Part shown: piece by piece, positions 47,035 through 57,559 of the stretch
Numbering within the stretch: position 1 is the first letter of the stretch
Layout: each line of letters opens with the position of its first letter
The notes under the pieces: generated by a model
Told to the model about the DNA's origin: nothing
Seen by the model: only the letters and a program-made list of their open reading frames with translations
Databases searched by the model: none
Program-made: the position numbers and the translations under genes
IMG/VR virus record: IMGVR_UViG_3300023083_000001
Coordinates: 186,001 to 250,000 of that record
DNA length: 64,000 nt
Reading direction: 5' to 3' (one strand)

Positions 47035-48366
47035 TTACTGAAATTTACCGTTCAAAGCCTTACGGTACTTCCAGAGTACTGCCTGTTCCGACAAGGTGAA
47101 GTCTTCTTTCTTATCAGTCACGTAACGGTCCATCGTCTTCGCTACGTTGAGCGCAGCTTTGGATACAGCGATCGTTACGTTGTTACGGTTGGCTACCAAC
47201 ATCCCGAGAGAATTCTCAAGCGCTGTGAAGCCTTGCAGGATCGAAGTCAACGACATGAAGAATGGAGCCAGCTTGTTGACGTAAACATCTTGCAGCGAGG
47301 CAGGAAGCTTCGTCTCGTCGAAGGACTTGATACGATCCAACGTCGGAGTGATGCGCGCAGTACTGCTGTTGATCAGACCGTTCAGATCCGAAGACCAGTC
47401 ATCCACACGCCCTGTCACGATCGTCTTGGTGAAAGCAGCTTCATCAATAGGAGGACGGGAGTTCTCAGCACTGCGATAGCTGTTGAGCAGGAAACCCGAC
47501 ATGCTTTGGAAGTTGGTCATCTTACTGTTGACCTGAACACTCTTGGTGGAGTATCCAGCTTCAGTCACCAGGCGCGTCAACGCCCCGCTGGTCATGTCTA
47601 CCAACTCGATCTTGGCAATCGCCAGGTCGATGTCGGCAGCCGTCTGCGCAACGATCAACTCTTTCAGGAACGCATCCACACCTTCAACGAATGGCGAGAC
47701 TTTGAGAGTCAACACACCGATGATGGTTTTGAACGCTTCATGATGTTGTTCCGGCGCTTGTAGAAAACTCTGCTTCAGGCCGTTCCATTTGTAGGCGTTG
47801 TGGGCTTCGCTCTTGAAAGCACCATCTTTGACTTTCTTGAAGTCACCAGCCATGCGAGTGCCGGAGACGACTTTGTCGGTTTCGATGATGTAGTTCTGAA
47901 TTGCAATGAGTTTCCCGCCCACGTCGTCCACCGCTTGTGTACGCTGAGTATCGCTTTGAATGAATTGCCACAGACGTTTGAACGACTTGACAACGAAATC
48001 CAGGATCTGACGAAGTGCCTTGACTACAGCTTCAAACGCTGTACGTGTAAAGCCTTCCATCGACACGTCGTAGTTCACCCTGGAAGGTTCCAAGGTAAAG
48101 CTGTTGATCGGGTATTGATCGACCAGATCGTTGAGTGCTGGGTACAGAGGTGTTAAAGCCTTGACGCGTTCCATGTCACCACGGCAGATGTACTTACGGT
48201 CTACGATGGTGCTGTAGGCGTCGAACACCGTTACCATGTTACCGTACTCTTGATCATGCACTGGGTTCAGCAGGTCTGTATCTACAGCACTTTTAGCTCC
48301 GATCTCATCGGAGAAAGCTTCACCGGATTCGAATGACAGATTGTCCAAAGCGATACTTACGTTCAT
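47035..48366 (-). CDS. Virion head protein
   Basis: LSFE and VSME sites followed by the amphipathic helix LRQILDFVVKSFKRLWQF. Confidence 0.7.
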   Translation of the reverse strand: MNVSIALDNLSFESGEAFSDEIGAKSAVDTDLLNPVHDQEYGNMVTVFDAYSTIVDRKYICRGDMERVKALTPLYPALNDLVDQYPINSFTLEPSRVNYDVSMEGFTRTAFEAVVKALRQILDFVVKSFKRLWQFIQSDTQRTQAVDDVGGKLIAIQNYIIETDKVVSGTRMAGDFKKVKDGAFKSEAHNAYKWNGLKQSFLQAPEQHHEAFKTIIGVLTLKVSPFVEGVDAFLKELIVAQTAADIDLAIAKIELVDMTSGALTRLVTEAGYSTKSVQVNSKMTNFQSMSGFLLNSYRSAENSRPPIDEAAFTKTIVTGRVDDWSSDLNGLINSSTARITPTLDRIKSFDETKLPASLQDVYVNKLAPFFMSLTSILQGFTALENSLGMLVANRNNVTIAVSKAALNVAKTMDRYVTDKKEDFTLSEQAVLWKYRKALNGKFQ

Positions 48367-48418
48367 TTCACGTCCTTCAGTTTTGATTCGATACTACAGG
48401 CTGCTTAAGCAACCCGTC

Positions 48419-48841
48419 CTACACGCGCAGCAGGTTTACAGCTTCAAACACTTCAGCGTTCTGGATCTTCAGTGTTTCGATCTCAGGCATCAGTTCCAGC
48501 AGCGTCTGCGAGAACGGTGCGATTTGCAGCAGGTCTGAAGCCTTGGTGTTGAACGCGATGTTGTAACGACGCTCGTACAGACGGAAAGCGTATTCACAAG
48601 CCCGGTCCACATCGAATGGCAGCGCTTCGTTGATTTCAAACAACGCCGCACGGCAGCTGTCAGCGTTCTCTTTGAAGTAGCCACGCAGATCGCCTTGGGA
48701 GATTGGCGACGACGGCATCGGGACAACCAGCGCGCAAGCCAGTGCGAGTACCACGGTGACACGTTGACGACGGTTCTCGACCGTAATACCTTCCGGCATA
48801 GCGGAGAGGGTCGACACGATATTGATAGCGTTCATTGCCAT
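48419..48841 (-). CDS. Hypothetical protein, probably virion-associated
   Basis: TAATG coupling, 140 aa. Confidence 0.65.
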   Translation of the reverse strand: MAMNAINIVSTLSAMPEGITVENRRQRVTVVLALACALVVPMPSSPISQGDLRGYFKENADSCRAALFEINEALPFDVDRACEYAFRLYERRYNIAFNTKASDLLQIAPFSQTLLELMPEIETLKIQNAEVFEAVNLLRV

Positions 48842-50142
48842 TATCCTTTCAGAGCAGCGGAGAGTTGATACAAACGATTGTTAGCAAGTTCTTCAGTCAA
48901 CTCTTGCTGACCGATTTCTTTACCACGTCCAATGACAGCGTCCAGTGAATAACGAGTGATCTTACCAAACACATCAGACCATTCGTGCTTCTCTTCCAGT
49001 AGCTTATCCAGCTCATCGATCTCGGCCAGGATCTGTTTGCGAAACGCATCGTCGAGTGAGCGATCTTTTAGAACAGTCACCAACTCACGACGTAACGCTG
49101 CAATACGCTGAGGAAGTGTGGTGTATCCACTAGACAGTGCAAAGAACGTAAACGAGTTGGTTGCCATGCCGATAGCGAAGGTAGTAGCGATCCGTTTGAT
49201 CGTGGCAAGAAGGACTTTAGCTGCACCTTCGGCCACAGTAGCGAATGGCAAGGCGACGATGTTGGAAAAGTTCATCATCAGACCAAACCACTTAGGCTCA
49301 TACCCGGCTTCAGCAAAGATCCCAGCACTGCGTTCTAATTTAGTCAGACCACGTGCTAAGTCCACACCCATACCCCATCGAGCCGCGAACTGATCAGCTA
49401 CAGCTTCAGCCATGCGTTGATCGTACCACCGGGTATTGAGAGCACGCTGCATCCGAGTAACTTGACCTTCAAGCACCATCGCCACTACTTCAGCGCTGGT
49501 TACATCCTCACGCAGTGACTTGTCAACTTCAGCCAAACGCAGAGCAGCCTTACCGACCCACATGCGTTTCTCAAGGGTTTCCTGATTGTCCATCCGACCC
49601 ACTACTTCAGCCAGGATGTAGTTGGTGATCAACGTTTGCCCGAGGTATTCGTAGTAGGTGTAACAGTGACCCAACTCGTGGAAGTAAAAACCTGCCACTT
49701 CACCCGCTGTGAAATACCCGTCAAAGAATGACGGCGTGATCAAGAACTCGTTGGTCAACTTGCTGAAGAACCCACCCACTTTAGCCATCTTCAAATCAAC
49801 GTAACCGTCGATGATCTGATTGCCATTCATGTTATCCAAATCAAACTTGGCTAACAGCTTCTCTGCACGTGGGTTCAGTGGGGACAGTGCATTGAGATTA
49901 GGAACCATCGCCGCAACGTGATAAGGGCCACGCAGGAATGCCTTCTTAGTGAAGTAAGGCTTAAAACGAATACCTGTGGCGTCTAACGTCAGCTGGGCGA
50001 TCTCGTTCAGATACCTCTCAATGAGGTGCAGTTCACCGTTAGCCGTCATTGCCTGTTGAAACAGTTTGGTCACGCGTTTCGGGTACTCGGCGTTCGTCTG
50101 AAAGGCAATCGCTTCCATCGACTCCTGTAGCGTAAGTGTCAT
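48841..50142 (-). CDS. Virion protein with HExxH zinc-metallopeptidase motif
   Basis: GGAG RBS at ATG 50142; ESME site; FHELGH and EAVADQFA. Confidence 0.7.
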   Translation of the reverse strand: MTLTLQESMEAIAFQTNAEYPKRVTKLFQQAMTANGELHLIERYLNEIAQLTLDATGIRFKPYFTKKAFLRGPYHVAAMVPNLNALSPLNPRAEKLLAKFDLDNMNGNQIIDGYVDLKMAKVGGFFSKLTNEFLITPSFFDGYFTAGEVAGFYFHELGHCYTYYEYLGQTLITNYILAEVVGRMDNQETLEKRMWVGKAALRLAEVDKSLREDVTSAEVVAMVLEGQVTRMQRALNTRWYDQRMAEAVADQFAARWGMGVDLARGLTKLERSAGIFAEAGYEPKWFGLMMNFSNIVALPFATVAEGAAKVLLATIKRIATTFAIGMATNSFTFFALSSGYTTLPQRIAALRRELVTVLKDRSLDDAFRKQILAEIDELDKLLEEKHEWSDVFGKITRYSLDAVIGRGKEIGQQELTEELANNRLYQLSAALKG

Positions 50143-50244
50143 GATAGTAGCTCCATAAGCCACGGTGGGAATCATCCCATTTGCAGTACAAATCTAATTG
50201 GTAGACATATGCTTTACGGGGAACTCAAATGAAAGAGGCAACTG

Positions 50245-52056
50245 ATGTCCATTCCTACTACTGCGGCTGAGATTGACAAGTATATTTTGTCACTCCCCAA
50301 AGAAAGAATTGTTGCACGTGAATGTAAGCATGCCACGTATACCACTCACCGTAATGGTGAACGGGCAGACATGCTGGTTATCAAGGAATATCTGATCCTG
50401 GATGACGGTACGCGTATTCCACGCATCCGTAATGTCGAGAATTACCAACGACCTTATTGGGTCACCAAGCCACACTTTCGTACCCACCCAGACAAGATCC
50501 AGTTTGAAGATCTGTCACGTCTTGACATGTTCAAGTCACCGCAATGTAAGTTGCGTCAAGACATCTGCATGCGCTTAGGTCACGGTAACCCGTCGAACCC
50601 GATCAAGATGCTGGCACGTTCACCATTCTTGTACGGGCTGGATCCAGGTCCTGAAGTCTTCCTGAAACAAAGTTACATGACCAAGTGGCCTGATTCGTTT
50701 GCACCTAACCGTGTCACCGTGATCGATGCCGAGACCGATGTGAACGGCGCACTGCACAAGAAGTTACAATTGCCGATCTGCTGGTCACTCGTCAGCGATG
50801 ATGAGATTGTTCTGTATGGTAATCAGGAATGGACGTACGACATTCCCAACTACGCCGAGCAGGTGTTGGCTGAGTACAAAGAAGTCATCGGTCAATGGGT
50901 CGAGATGATCCGTGAAACGTTGAAAGAAAAGAAAGGCGAGAACAAAGGTAAGTATCCAGAGTGGGTAGACCTGATCGAGAAGATTCCGGTGCGTGTTGAA
51001 ATGTTGAAGAACGACTTCGCCATTACTAAAGGCATGGTCGATCGGCTACATGAAACCCAACCCGACATCGTCACAGGCTGGAACGTATTCTTTGATGCGA
51101 AAGTCATCGAGACGTCCATCGTCAATGCCGGACAAGATCCAGCTGACGTGTTGAGTGATCCTCGTGTTCCGTTTGAGTACCGTGGCGCATTGTTGCGAGA
51201 AGGTCAGCGTGACAAACTGACGGCGTCTGGTCGTAAGATGCAGCTCGATCCACAGGAACGTTGGAACGTTGTGCTCAACACAGCCTCCTGGCGTATGCTC
51301 GACGCGATGCAGGTGTATTGGCAGTTGCGTAAGGCAAAGGGTAAGGAATCTGGCGGTTACGGCTTAGACGCGATTCTAGGACGTCAACTCAAAACCGGTA
51401 AGTTGAAGTACGCTACAGAAGACACCATGGTTCCACCGGGTACGCTTCACTGGCACATGGACATGCAGAAGAACTACAAGGTCCGATACGGTGTGTACAA
51501 CATCATCGACTCCTTGGGTGTATGGGTGTTGGATAAGAAGAACAACGACTTGTCTTCACAAGTCAGTTCGTTGGCAGGCCCTGCCGACTACTCTAACTTC
51601 AACTCACAACCGCGTGTCAACGCCACCGACATGCTCTTCAGCGTCTTGAAGATGCGTAAGAAAGTGATCTGTTCGACGTCCGACCAGATGGCTGATGAGA
51701 ACGACAAGCTGGTAACCGGTAAGGACGGGTGGATTATCACCTTCCCCTCACACAACGTCGTGGACTCAGGTCTGTTCTTGTTTGAGGACATGCCGAACGT
51801 TCAATCAATGATCCACATGTTCAACGCGGATGCTGACGTTGAAACGACATACCCCACTGCTGAGATCATTCAGAACCTTTCCAAGGAGACGACAATCGCA
51901 GAACCATGCAGGGTGATGGGAGTGGGTCGAGAAGCATTGCGTCTCGCCAGTGTCAACATGACAGGTGGTCGAGGCAATGCCGTTGAGATCATCGAAACCA
52001 TTTGCAAGATGCCCACGTTTGATCAGTGGGTAGAGTTAGCCAAAGAAAAGATGTGA
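50245..52056 (+). CDS. Split family-B DNA polymerase, N-terminal exonuclease/motif A subunit (phiKZ gp82-like)
   Basis: ExoI IDAETD, ExoII GWNVFFD, ExoIII YNIID and motif A DADVETTYP. Confidence 0.9.
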   Translation: MSIPTTAAEIDKYILSLPKERIVARECKHATYTTHRNGERADMLVIKEYLILDDGTRIPRIRNVENYQRPYWVTKPHFRTHPDKIQFEDLSRLDMFKSPQCKLRQDICMRLGHGNPSNPIKMLARSPFLYGLDPGPEVFLKQSYMTKWPDSFAPNRVTVIDAETDVNGALHKKLQLPICWSLVSDDEIVLYGNQEWTYDIPNYAEQVLAEYKEVIGQWVEMIRETLKEKKGENKGKYPEWVDLIEKIPVRVEMLKNDFAITKGMVDRLHETQPDIVTGWNVFFDAKVIETSIVNAGQDPADVLSDPRVPFEYRGALLREGQRDKLTASGRKMQLDPQERWNVVLNTASWRMLDAMQVYWQLRKAKGKESGGYGLDAILGRQLKTGKLKYATEDTMVPPGTLHWHMDMQKNYKVRYGVYNIIDSLGVWVLDKKNNDLSSQVSSLAGPADYSNFNSQPRVNATDMLFSVLKMRKKVICSTSDQMADENDKLVTGKDGWIITFPSHNVVDSGLFLFEDMPNVQSMIHMFNADADVETTYPTAEIIQNLSKETTIAEPCRVMGVGREALRLASVNMTGGRGNAVEIIETICKMPTFDQWVELAKEKM

Positions 52057-52110
52057 CATAAAGCCCCTACCCATGACCGGCACTCGCTAGTCATGGGTAG
52101 GGGTCTATTA
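52055..52110. terminator. Hairpin between convergent genes
   Basis: CCCCTACCCATGAC...GTCATGGGTAGGGG, 14-bp stem. Confidence 0.75.
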
Positions 52111-52113
52111 CGT

Positions 52114-55047
52114 TTACGTACTGGCGTGACGCTTGAAGTTCACTTCGATCGAGTCGATCACCGCGAAGGTTCCGTCTGGTTGATTCAACAACGATTTTGC
52201 AATGCAGAACCGTGAGGATTCATCCAGGATGGTAACCACGTTGTAATCGTTCTCAGGACCACCCAGGCCGGACAGATGGATGCTGACGATGTCAGTACCC
52301 GCCTTGGCACGGATAGCGCTCTCGAGCGTGTTACGGGAGATCACGGTAGCATCCAGACCAGCCACTGCTTCTGCAATAGCCGTAGCCTCGAGAGACTTAC
52401 GGATGTCGTTATCACCGTACACTTCTTTGCTGACGTAGAAATCAATCGTCAACGATTGCGCCGTATGCAGCGTCTTCAGTTCGCTGTCCTCAACCAGACA
52501 GTCAACAAACTTCAACGTGTTACGCGGTTGGAAGTACAGATCGGTACGTTCGATGAGATTCTCACGCACAGCGCCTAAGGTCTCGTTGATCCAGGTCACC
52601 AGGATCTTCGGTGCTTCAGCAGTGTAGGTCGAATCATTGATGTCCGTCGCGTAACGATAGACCGCATCGAAGAGCACCACGTCCCACCAACGAATGATGT
52701 TACGCTCTGATTCCATGATCGGATTGCCGTTCTCATCGAGGACAGCTTCACCGGCCCTATGCCGCATTTCCTGCACACCGTCCGCATTGAGGACAGGATC
52801 GCCCTTAGCGAATTTGACCTTGAGGTGTTTGTCGGCACCCGTACCTTCGATGATCACCTGGTTGTTAGCGTCAGTGGCGTAAACGTTCTGCAAGTAGAAC
52901 TTGGGAACATCCACTTGATAGGTCAGATACTTTCTCAGACCGATCATGCTGCGAGCACGAGCCCACAGACCTGACATCTCATCACCCAGCACCACCGAGA
53001 TGGTTTCGTGGTACACGCCAATCGATCCATCAGGCAACAGGAACTTACCCACTGCATCATCCACCGGCATTTTAGTAGCACCGACGACAGTGTAGTCACT
53101 CACCGACCAGATCAAATGGAAATCTTGATGCAGGACGGTAGGGTAAGCTCGTTCGATAGGTTCGTACATGCTGAAGTTGGTCAGGGTCAACAAGTGATCC
53201 TTGGTGATGTCCCATCTCGTGCTCAGCTTGAACTCAAACCAACGTTCGCCATCGGAGCCTTTGGTGATCTGCACACCGTTGATGTACGCAAGGTCGCTTT
53301 CGCCATCGGGGTAGTACGCCAACTGCACATGCACCTGATCGTCACGCAGCGCTTGCCAAGCGGCATTGGAGCTACTCTTGATCTGGATCACGTAACCATC
53401 TTCATTACGAGTAATTGTTTCACTCGTACTGGAACTGATGGTCAGCCCCAAGGTGTCGTTACTGGCCATGTAGGACGTAACGTCTAACGTTGGTGCGTTG
53501 AGGAAGTAAGGACGTGCATGGAACTCGTTCTCACCAATGTCCAACACGTAATGCAGCGGCGTGTACAGGTAAGTGCCATCGCTGATGGTGTTCACCTTGG
53601 CATCACCTGTCAACAACTCGAGCGCACGACGATCAGCGTCTGAAACAATCTTCAAGACCCCGTCAGTGTTGCGATACAAAGTCTGAGGTGTCACGGTAAA
53701 CCGTGTGCCGTTGTCAATGACCGTGTCCATGTTCACGATGTCACTGATTGCAGTCTTCATCGTGATAACAGCCGAGTCGATCCCGGTGCTAGCCTGACCC
53801 GCTGGGTTGGACGGCATTGCACGTGTCGCCAGGTACGTACGGTTGGTCACGTCATCGATGTTCATGATCACATCGAAACCCAGTTCGGCTAACTGAGTCC
53901 CCATCTGAGCATCACTGATCGGCAAGACCGAATCGCCAACCGAGTTGGTGAGTACACGTTGACGACGTTCTTCAAACGACGGCGCAGCTGCACCACCTGT
54001 CACGATATCCGTGGAGAAGATGCTAACAGTAGCCATCACGGTCAGAGGTGCGTAGTAGATCGCGTTGTCGTCTTCATCCAGGTCGCGCCATGTGGCGACG
54101 TAGTTGGTCGGCTCCAGACCCGAGAGCGACAGGTTCATCGGTCCCTTGGTAGTGTAGACATCCACCCGGATATCACGCGTAGTCAGATCGGTTGCGTAAT
54201 ACACATAGGGCAGTTCAATCGTTAACTCACCATCTATGACCTTATACAGCAAGGTTGGATCGGTAGGGTCGAATACTTGTTGGCTGCGAGTGGTCTTGAT
54301 CTCAGACCACAGCCCTGACGACAAACGGCTGAACGCACGAACGTAATAGAAGTCATCGGTCAACGTCAACACTTTCTTCAGCGACTTCGAGGCGCTCAAG
54401 CTGTACTGGTAAGACGTCAGGAGCATCTGTTTAAGGAACACCCTCAAACGCACCATAACGACGTGTCCGCCGTTATTATCGGTGATGCCAGTCGTTACCA
54501 GACTCCAATCGACTTTGTTCCCACGCAGCGTTTGCAGAGGCGACAACTGACTGCCGTCATACACGACATCAATAGCACCGTGCGTCTTGACCAGGAAGTT
54601 AATCGGATACTGAAAGGTAAAGGCTGCATTGTTGACCACGATCTGCGTGTGTTTAGGGATGGTCAGTTTCTTGGTCCCAGTCGTCCCCACACGCACAGCG
54701 TTCTGCAAGATCTCGTCACGAGAGATGTAGATGTCAAACCACGTCCCGGCAGGCGTTGCAAACATCCCCTCGTAATCTTTGTCGGACAAGTGATAGTAAA
54801 GATCATCATCTTCCACCGCCATGACTGAATACTGACGGGTGTTCAGAATCTCATCGCGCTGTACAGCGCCTGCGGTCATCAACACAGAGGCTTCGATCAA
54901 GTGAGGGAAAGGCATCGATGGATCGACCATCAACACTTCACCATCAAACGCAGCTTCCAGGTTTTCCATCATCAAGCTGTTGAGCCGAGTAGGCTCGTAA
55001 CGGATCTCAGCCATGGCAGCCAAAAGCTGAGTAGAAGTAATTGTCAT
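52114..55047 (-). CDS. Large virion structural protein, probable baseplate component (phiKZ gp87-like)
   Basis: 977 aa, beta-rich; TGGA...SFEERR pattern reminiscent of baseplate J/gp6. Confidence 0.7.
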   Translation of the reverse strand: MTITSTQLLAAMAEIRYEPTRLNSLMMENLEAAFDGEVLMVDPSMPFPHLIEASVLMTAGAVQRDEILNTRQYSVMAVEDDDLYYHLSDKDYEGMFATPAGTWFDIYISRDEILQNAVRVGTTGTKKLTIPKHTQIVVNNAAFTFQYPINFLVKTHGAIDVVYDGSQLSPLQTLRGNKVDWSLVTTGITDNNGGHVVMVRLRVFLKQMLLTSYQYSLSASKSLKKVLTLTDDFYYVRAFSRLSSGLWSEIKTTRSQQVFDPTDPTLLYKVIDGELTIELPYVYYATDLTTRDIRVDVYTTKGPMNLSLSGLEPTNYVATWRDLDEDDNAIYYAPLTVMATVSIFSTDIVTGGAAAPSFEERRQRVLTNSVGDSVLPISDAQMGTQLAELGFDVIMNIDDVTNRTYLATRAMPSNPAGQASTGIDSAVITMKTAISDIVNMDTVIDNGTRFTVTPQTLYRNTDGVLKIVSDADRRALELLTGDAKVNTISDGTYLYTPLHYVLDIGENEFHARPYFLNAPTLDVTSYMASNDTLGLTISSSTSETITRNEDGYVIQIKSSSNAAWQALRDDQVHVQLAYYPDGESDLAYINGVQITKGSDGERWFEFKLSTRWDITKDHLLTLTNFSMYEPIERAYPTVLHQDFHLIWSVSDYTVVGATKMPVDDAVGKFLLPDGSIGVYHETISVVLGDEMSGLWARARSMIGLRKYLTYQVDVPKFYLQNVYATDANNQVIIEGTGADKHLKVKFAKGDPVLNADGVQEMRHRAGEAVLDENGNPIMESERNIIRWWDVVLFDAVYRYATDINDSTYTAEAPKILVTWINETLGAVRENLIERTDLYFQPRNTLKFVDCLVEDSELKTLHTAQSLTIDFYVSKEVYGDNDIRKSLEATAIAEAVAGLDATVISRNTLESAIRAKAGTDIVSIHLSGLGGPENDYNVVTILDESSRFCIAKSLLNQPDGTFAVIDSIEVNFKRHAST

Positions 55048-55059
55048 TTCAAATCCCCA

Positions 55060-56136
55060 TCAAAGACCTTTGATCAAACGCGCGTAGTCATCATTAGCAA
55101 CCCACCACTCCAACTCCATCGTCCCAAGGTTGATCCAAGGGTAACCGTTGTAGTTAGTGGCAGCGAGGAAACGACGTTCTACTTTCGTGAAGCTGCTTTG
55201 CCGTTTAGTGTCAGACATGTTCGCGTTGTAAGACTGGATCCGCATGTTGAATTCAAGCAATTGGATCGGGTCGTTATACACGGCACCGACCGAGGCGAAC
55301 TGCACGGAGATCTGTTTGTTCTCAAACTCGAATGCATCTTCACGGTTAAAGCCAAATCCTGCACCGATGGACAGGTTCTGCGGAACACTGGCGCCTGTGT
55401 GGAACCACTGCTCGATGTACCGGCCACTGATATCAAACTTGTAACGTTCAATGCGCGTGTTGAAATCCATCTCATCACGAGCACGTTGAAGTGGATGTGG
55501 GATACACGGACCTACACGCAATGCACCCATGTAAATGATCCAGGTGTGCAGCAATGCAAGAACCACGTTACCTTTAATGTTGTTGAACACGCACGTTACA
55601 TCGTACCGGCCGTTGTACTCGGCAATCGAGTCCGGCATGATCCACACTTCTTTGGCAGCACCTTCTGGACTGCTGTAGATGTTCAATCCAATGTCAGGCG
55701 GGTTGCTCATGCTAACAATGGTGTTAGAGAGCAGCGCTATATAAGGGAAGTTGCGATCCACCAGCGGAGTCGGTTTTGCGATCTTGTAGGTGGTCGGATC
55801 AAGCATCATCCTGACAGCGTATTGATAGGTGAATGGATCCTGCGTCATCAATGCGGCCAACTGCCGCACCGTGGCAATGTTATCGTATGACAAATTGAGA
55901 TTTGGCCTTGTGAACAACACAAGTCCTTGCATCTCTCTGTGCAAAGGCAAAGGAGCCATATTTGGCAGACGATTAAGCCCGTAAAGCACATCGGCGTATC
56001 GGCTGTATTCGGCGCCACTGCCCATCGTACGGGCGACGTTGTCCATCAACTCGTAGGCATCATCAAGACCACCAGATTGCGCCACGTGGTTCAAGATACT
56101 GGCGTAGGCATCGCCAAAGTCGGTTGCAGCTCCCAT
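55060..56136 (-). CDS. Virion structural protein (phiKZ gp88-like)
   Basis: GAGGA RBS; G.VLFTRP.LNLS..N motif. Confidence 0.7.
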   Translation of the reverse strand: MGAATDFGDAYASILNHVAQSGGLDDAYELMDNVARTMGSGAEYSRYADVLYGLNRLPNMAPLPLHREMQGLVLFTRPNLNLSYDNIATVRQLAALMTQDPFTYQYAVRMMLDPTTYKIAKPTPLVDRNFPYIALLSNTIVSMSNPPDIGLNIYSSPEGAAKEVWIMPDSIAEYNGRYDVTCVFNNIKGNVVLALLHTWIIYMGALRVGPCIPHPLQRARDEMDFNTRIERYKFDISGRYIEQWFHTGASVPQNLSIGAGFGFNREDAFEFENKQISVQFASVGAVYNDPIQLLEFNMRIQSYNANMSDTKRQSSFTKVERRFLAATNYNGYPWINLGTMELEWWVANDDYARLIKGL

Positions 56137-56262
56137 AACCAATCCTCAATCGTTGTAGATAAAGTTTCTATGAATCGTGATCGTTGGTCACGGTTTAACC
56201 ATTAACGTTTCAATCGAGTAACTGGTCTTTCAATTAATTATAGAAGACCTTAGGAGAACCCA

Positions 56263-57528
56263 ATGAGTATTGCAGGTGTGTTTCAAGCGGTTGGGGCGGG
56301 TGTAAGATCGGCTGCGGCGATGAAGGGTACTGAATACGTTGCCGGGGCTGTCGCTGGCGCCCTTACCGCTACCGCAGTCGGTACCACGCTTAACAAAGCT
56401 ATTTCAGCCGTCGTTCGCGCTATGCAAGCAGGCGCTGGTCAAAACTTGGTTTCCAAAAGTGCAGGTGTTCGGGTTGAACCTTTTGTACTGGTCGACTCCC
56501 GTGCCGTGCGCCTTCCGTACATCAAAGACGTACTGAACGTCAACCAACGTCTGTTCACCGCTTACTACATGCTGGGCGTGAGTTCCGAGAACAAGATCGG
56601 TTCGATCAAAGTTGCCAAACGTCTGGACAACTTTGCACCTGACCGCAATCTGCTCGACGCAACCGCTTCGTTTCTGACTGCTGGGGCGGACATGCAATCG
56701 TCGACGGCATCGTTCCTTTCTACCGAGTCATATCACTTCGGCCTCCCATTCGTTGGCGAAGCGGCTGGCTTGCACCGTTATGCTGGTTACACAACTGAAG
56801 CTAACAACCCGGTTGTTGCCATCAGAACCCCACAAGCCTCTGGCGCTAGCGTCAATGGTGGTGGTGCTGCGAAGATCATCCAGGACGTCGGCAACTTGGC
56901 GATTGGTCAGATCGTTGACGTACAGATCCAAGACGGCGGTGCCACTGGCACTGTGCAAGTGATGATCCGTCTGCGTGTGATGGGTATTGATCCAGTAGCG
57001 ATCGCTGGTATCTTGGCGTTGGGTGGTAACGACAACGGTATCTCGGCGCGCCTGCGTAAGTTCCGCGTCGGTGAACTCACCATGTGGAATGACCTGGTCA
57101 TGCAACAGGACCGTATCGACGAATACCGTCGTACCGTCTTCGCTGACAAGTCGGGTTACTTCCGCAAAGCTCACGCTCGCAAGAACAAATCTCTGTTGGC
57201 TACCTTGCTGACTGGTACTCCGTCGGTGGCTGAAGCGACCTCGATCGCGATCATCACCAAAGAAACCCAGCTGGAAACCGAAGACCGGATGAATGGTCGT
57301 TTCAGCGACTTCGCCACGCGTCAACGCATGTTCGAAGACTCGTTGCTTATGCTGTTGACCGTGATCGATGCTGACATGGAAACGGTGACGATCTACACCC
57401 GCGACATCGAGGATTACGCTACCCACACCATTAAAGATCTGAAAGGTCCTGGTGCGGCTAATAGCAATGGTGATCTTGCTGACATCATGAAGTCCTACCT
57501 CGAAGGCCGCGTACCGGGCCGTCTGTAA
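56263..57528 (+). CDS. Virion head/inner-body protein (phiKZ gp89-like)
   Basis: AGGAGA RBS; RVEP motif; LSTE site. Confidence 0.7.
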   Translation: MSIAGVFQAVGAGVRSAAAMKGTEYVAGAVAGALTATAVGTTLNKAISAVVRAMQAGAGQNLVSKSAGVRVEPFVLVDSRAVRLPYIKDVLNVNQRLFTAYYMLGVSSENKIGSIKVAKRLDNFAPDRNLLDATASFLTAGADMQSSTASFLSTESYHFGLPFVGEAAGLHRYAGYTTEANNPVVAIRTPQASGASVNGGGAAKIIQDVGNLAIGQIVDVQIQDGGATGTVQVMIRLRVMGIDPVAIAGILALGGNDNGISARLRKFRVGELTMWNDLVMQQDRIDEYRRTVFADKSGYFRKAHARKNKSLLATLLTGTPSVAEATSIAIITKETQLETEDRMNGRFSDFATRQRMFEDSLLMLLTVIDADMETVTIYTRDIEDYATHTIKDLKGPGAANSNGDLADIMKSYLEGRVPGRL

Positions 57529-57559
57529 TTCCAACATCTGTTTAGTGAGAAATAGTCCA

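Noticed and set aside
54901-55890. 329-aa + strand ORF opposite structural genes
   Set aside because: Antisense shadow with no motifs
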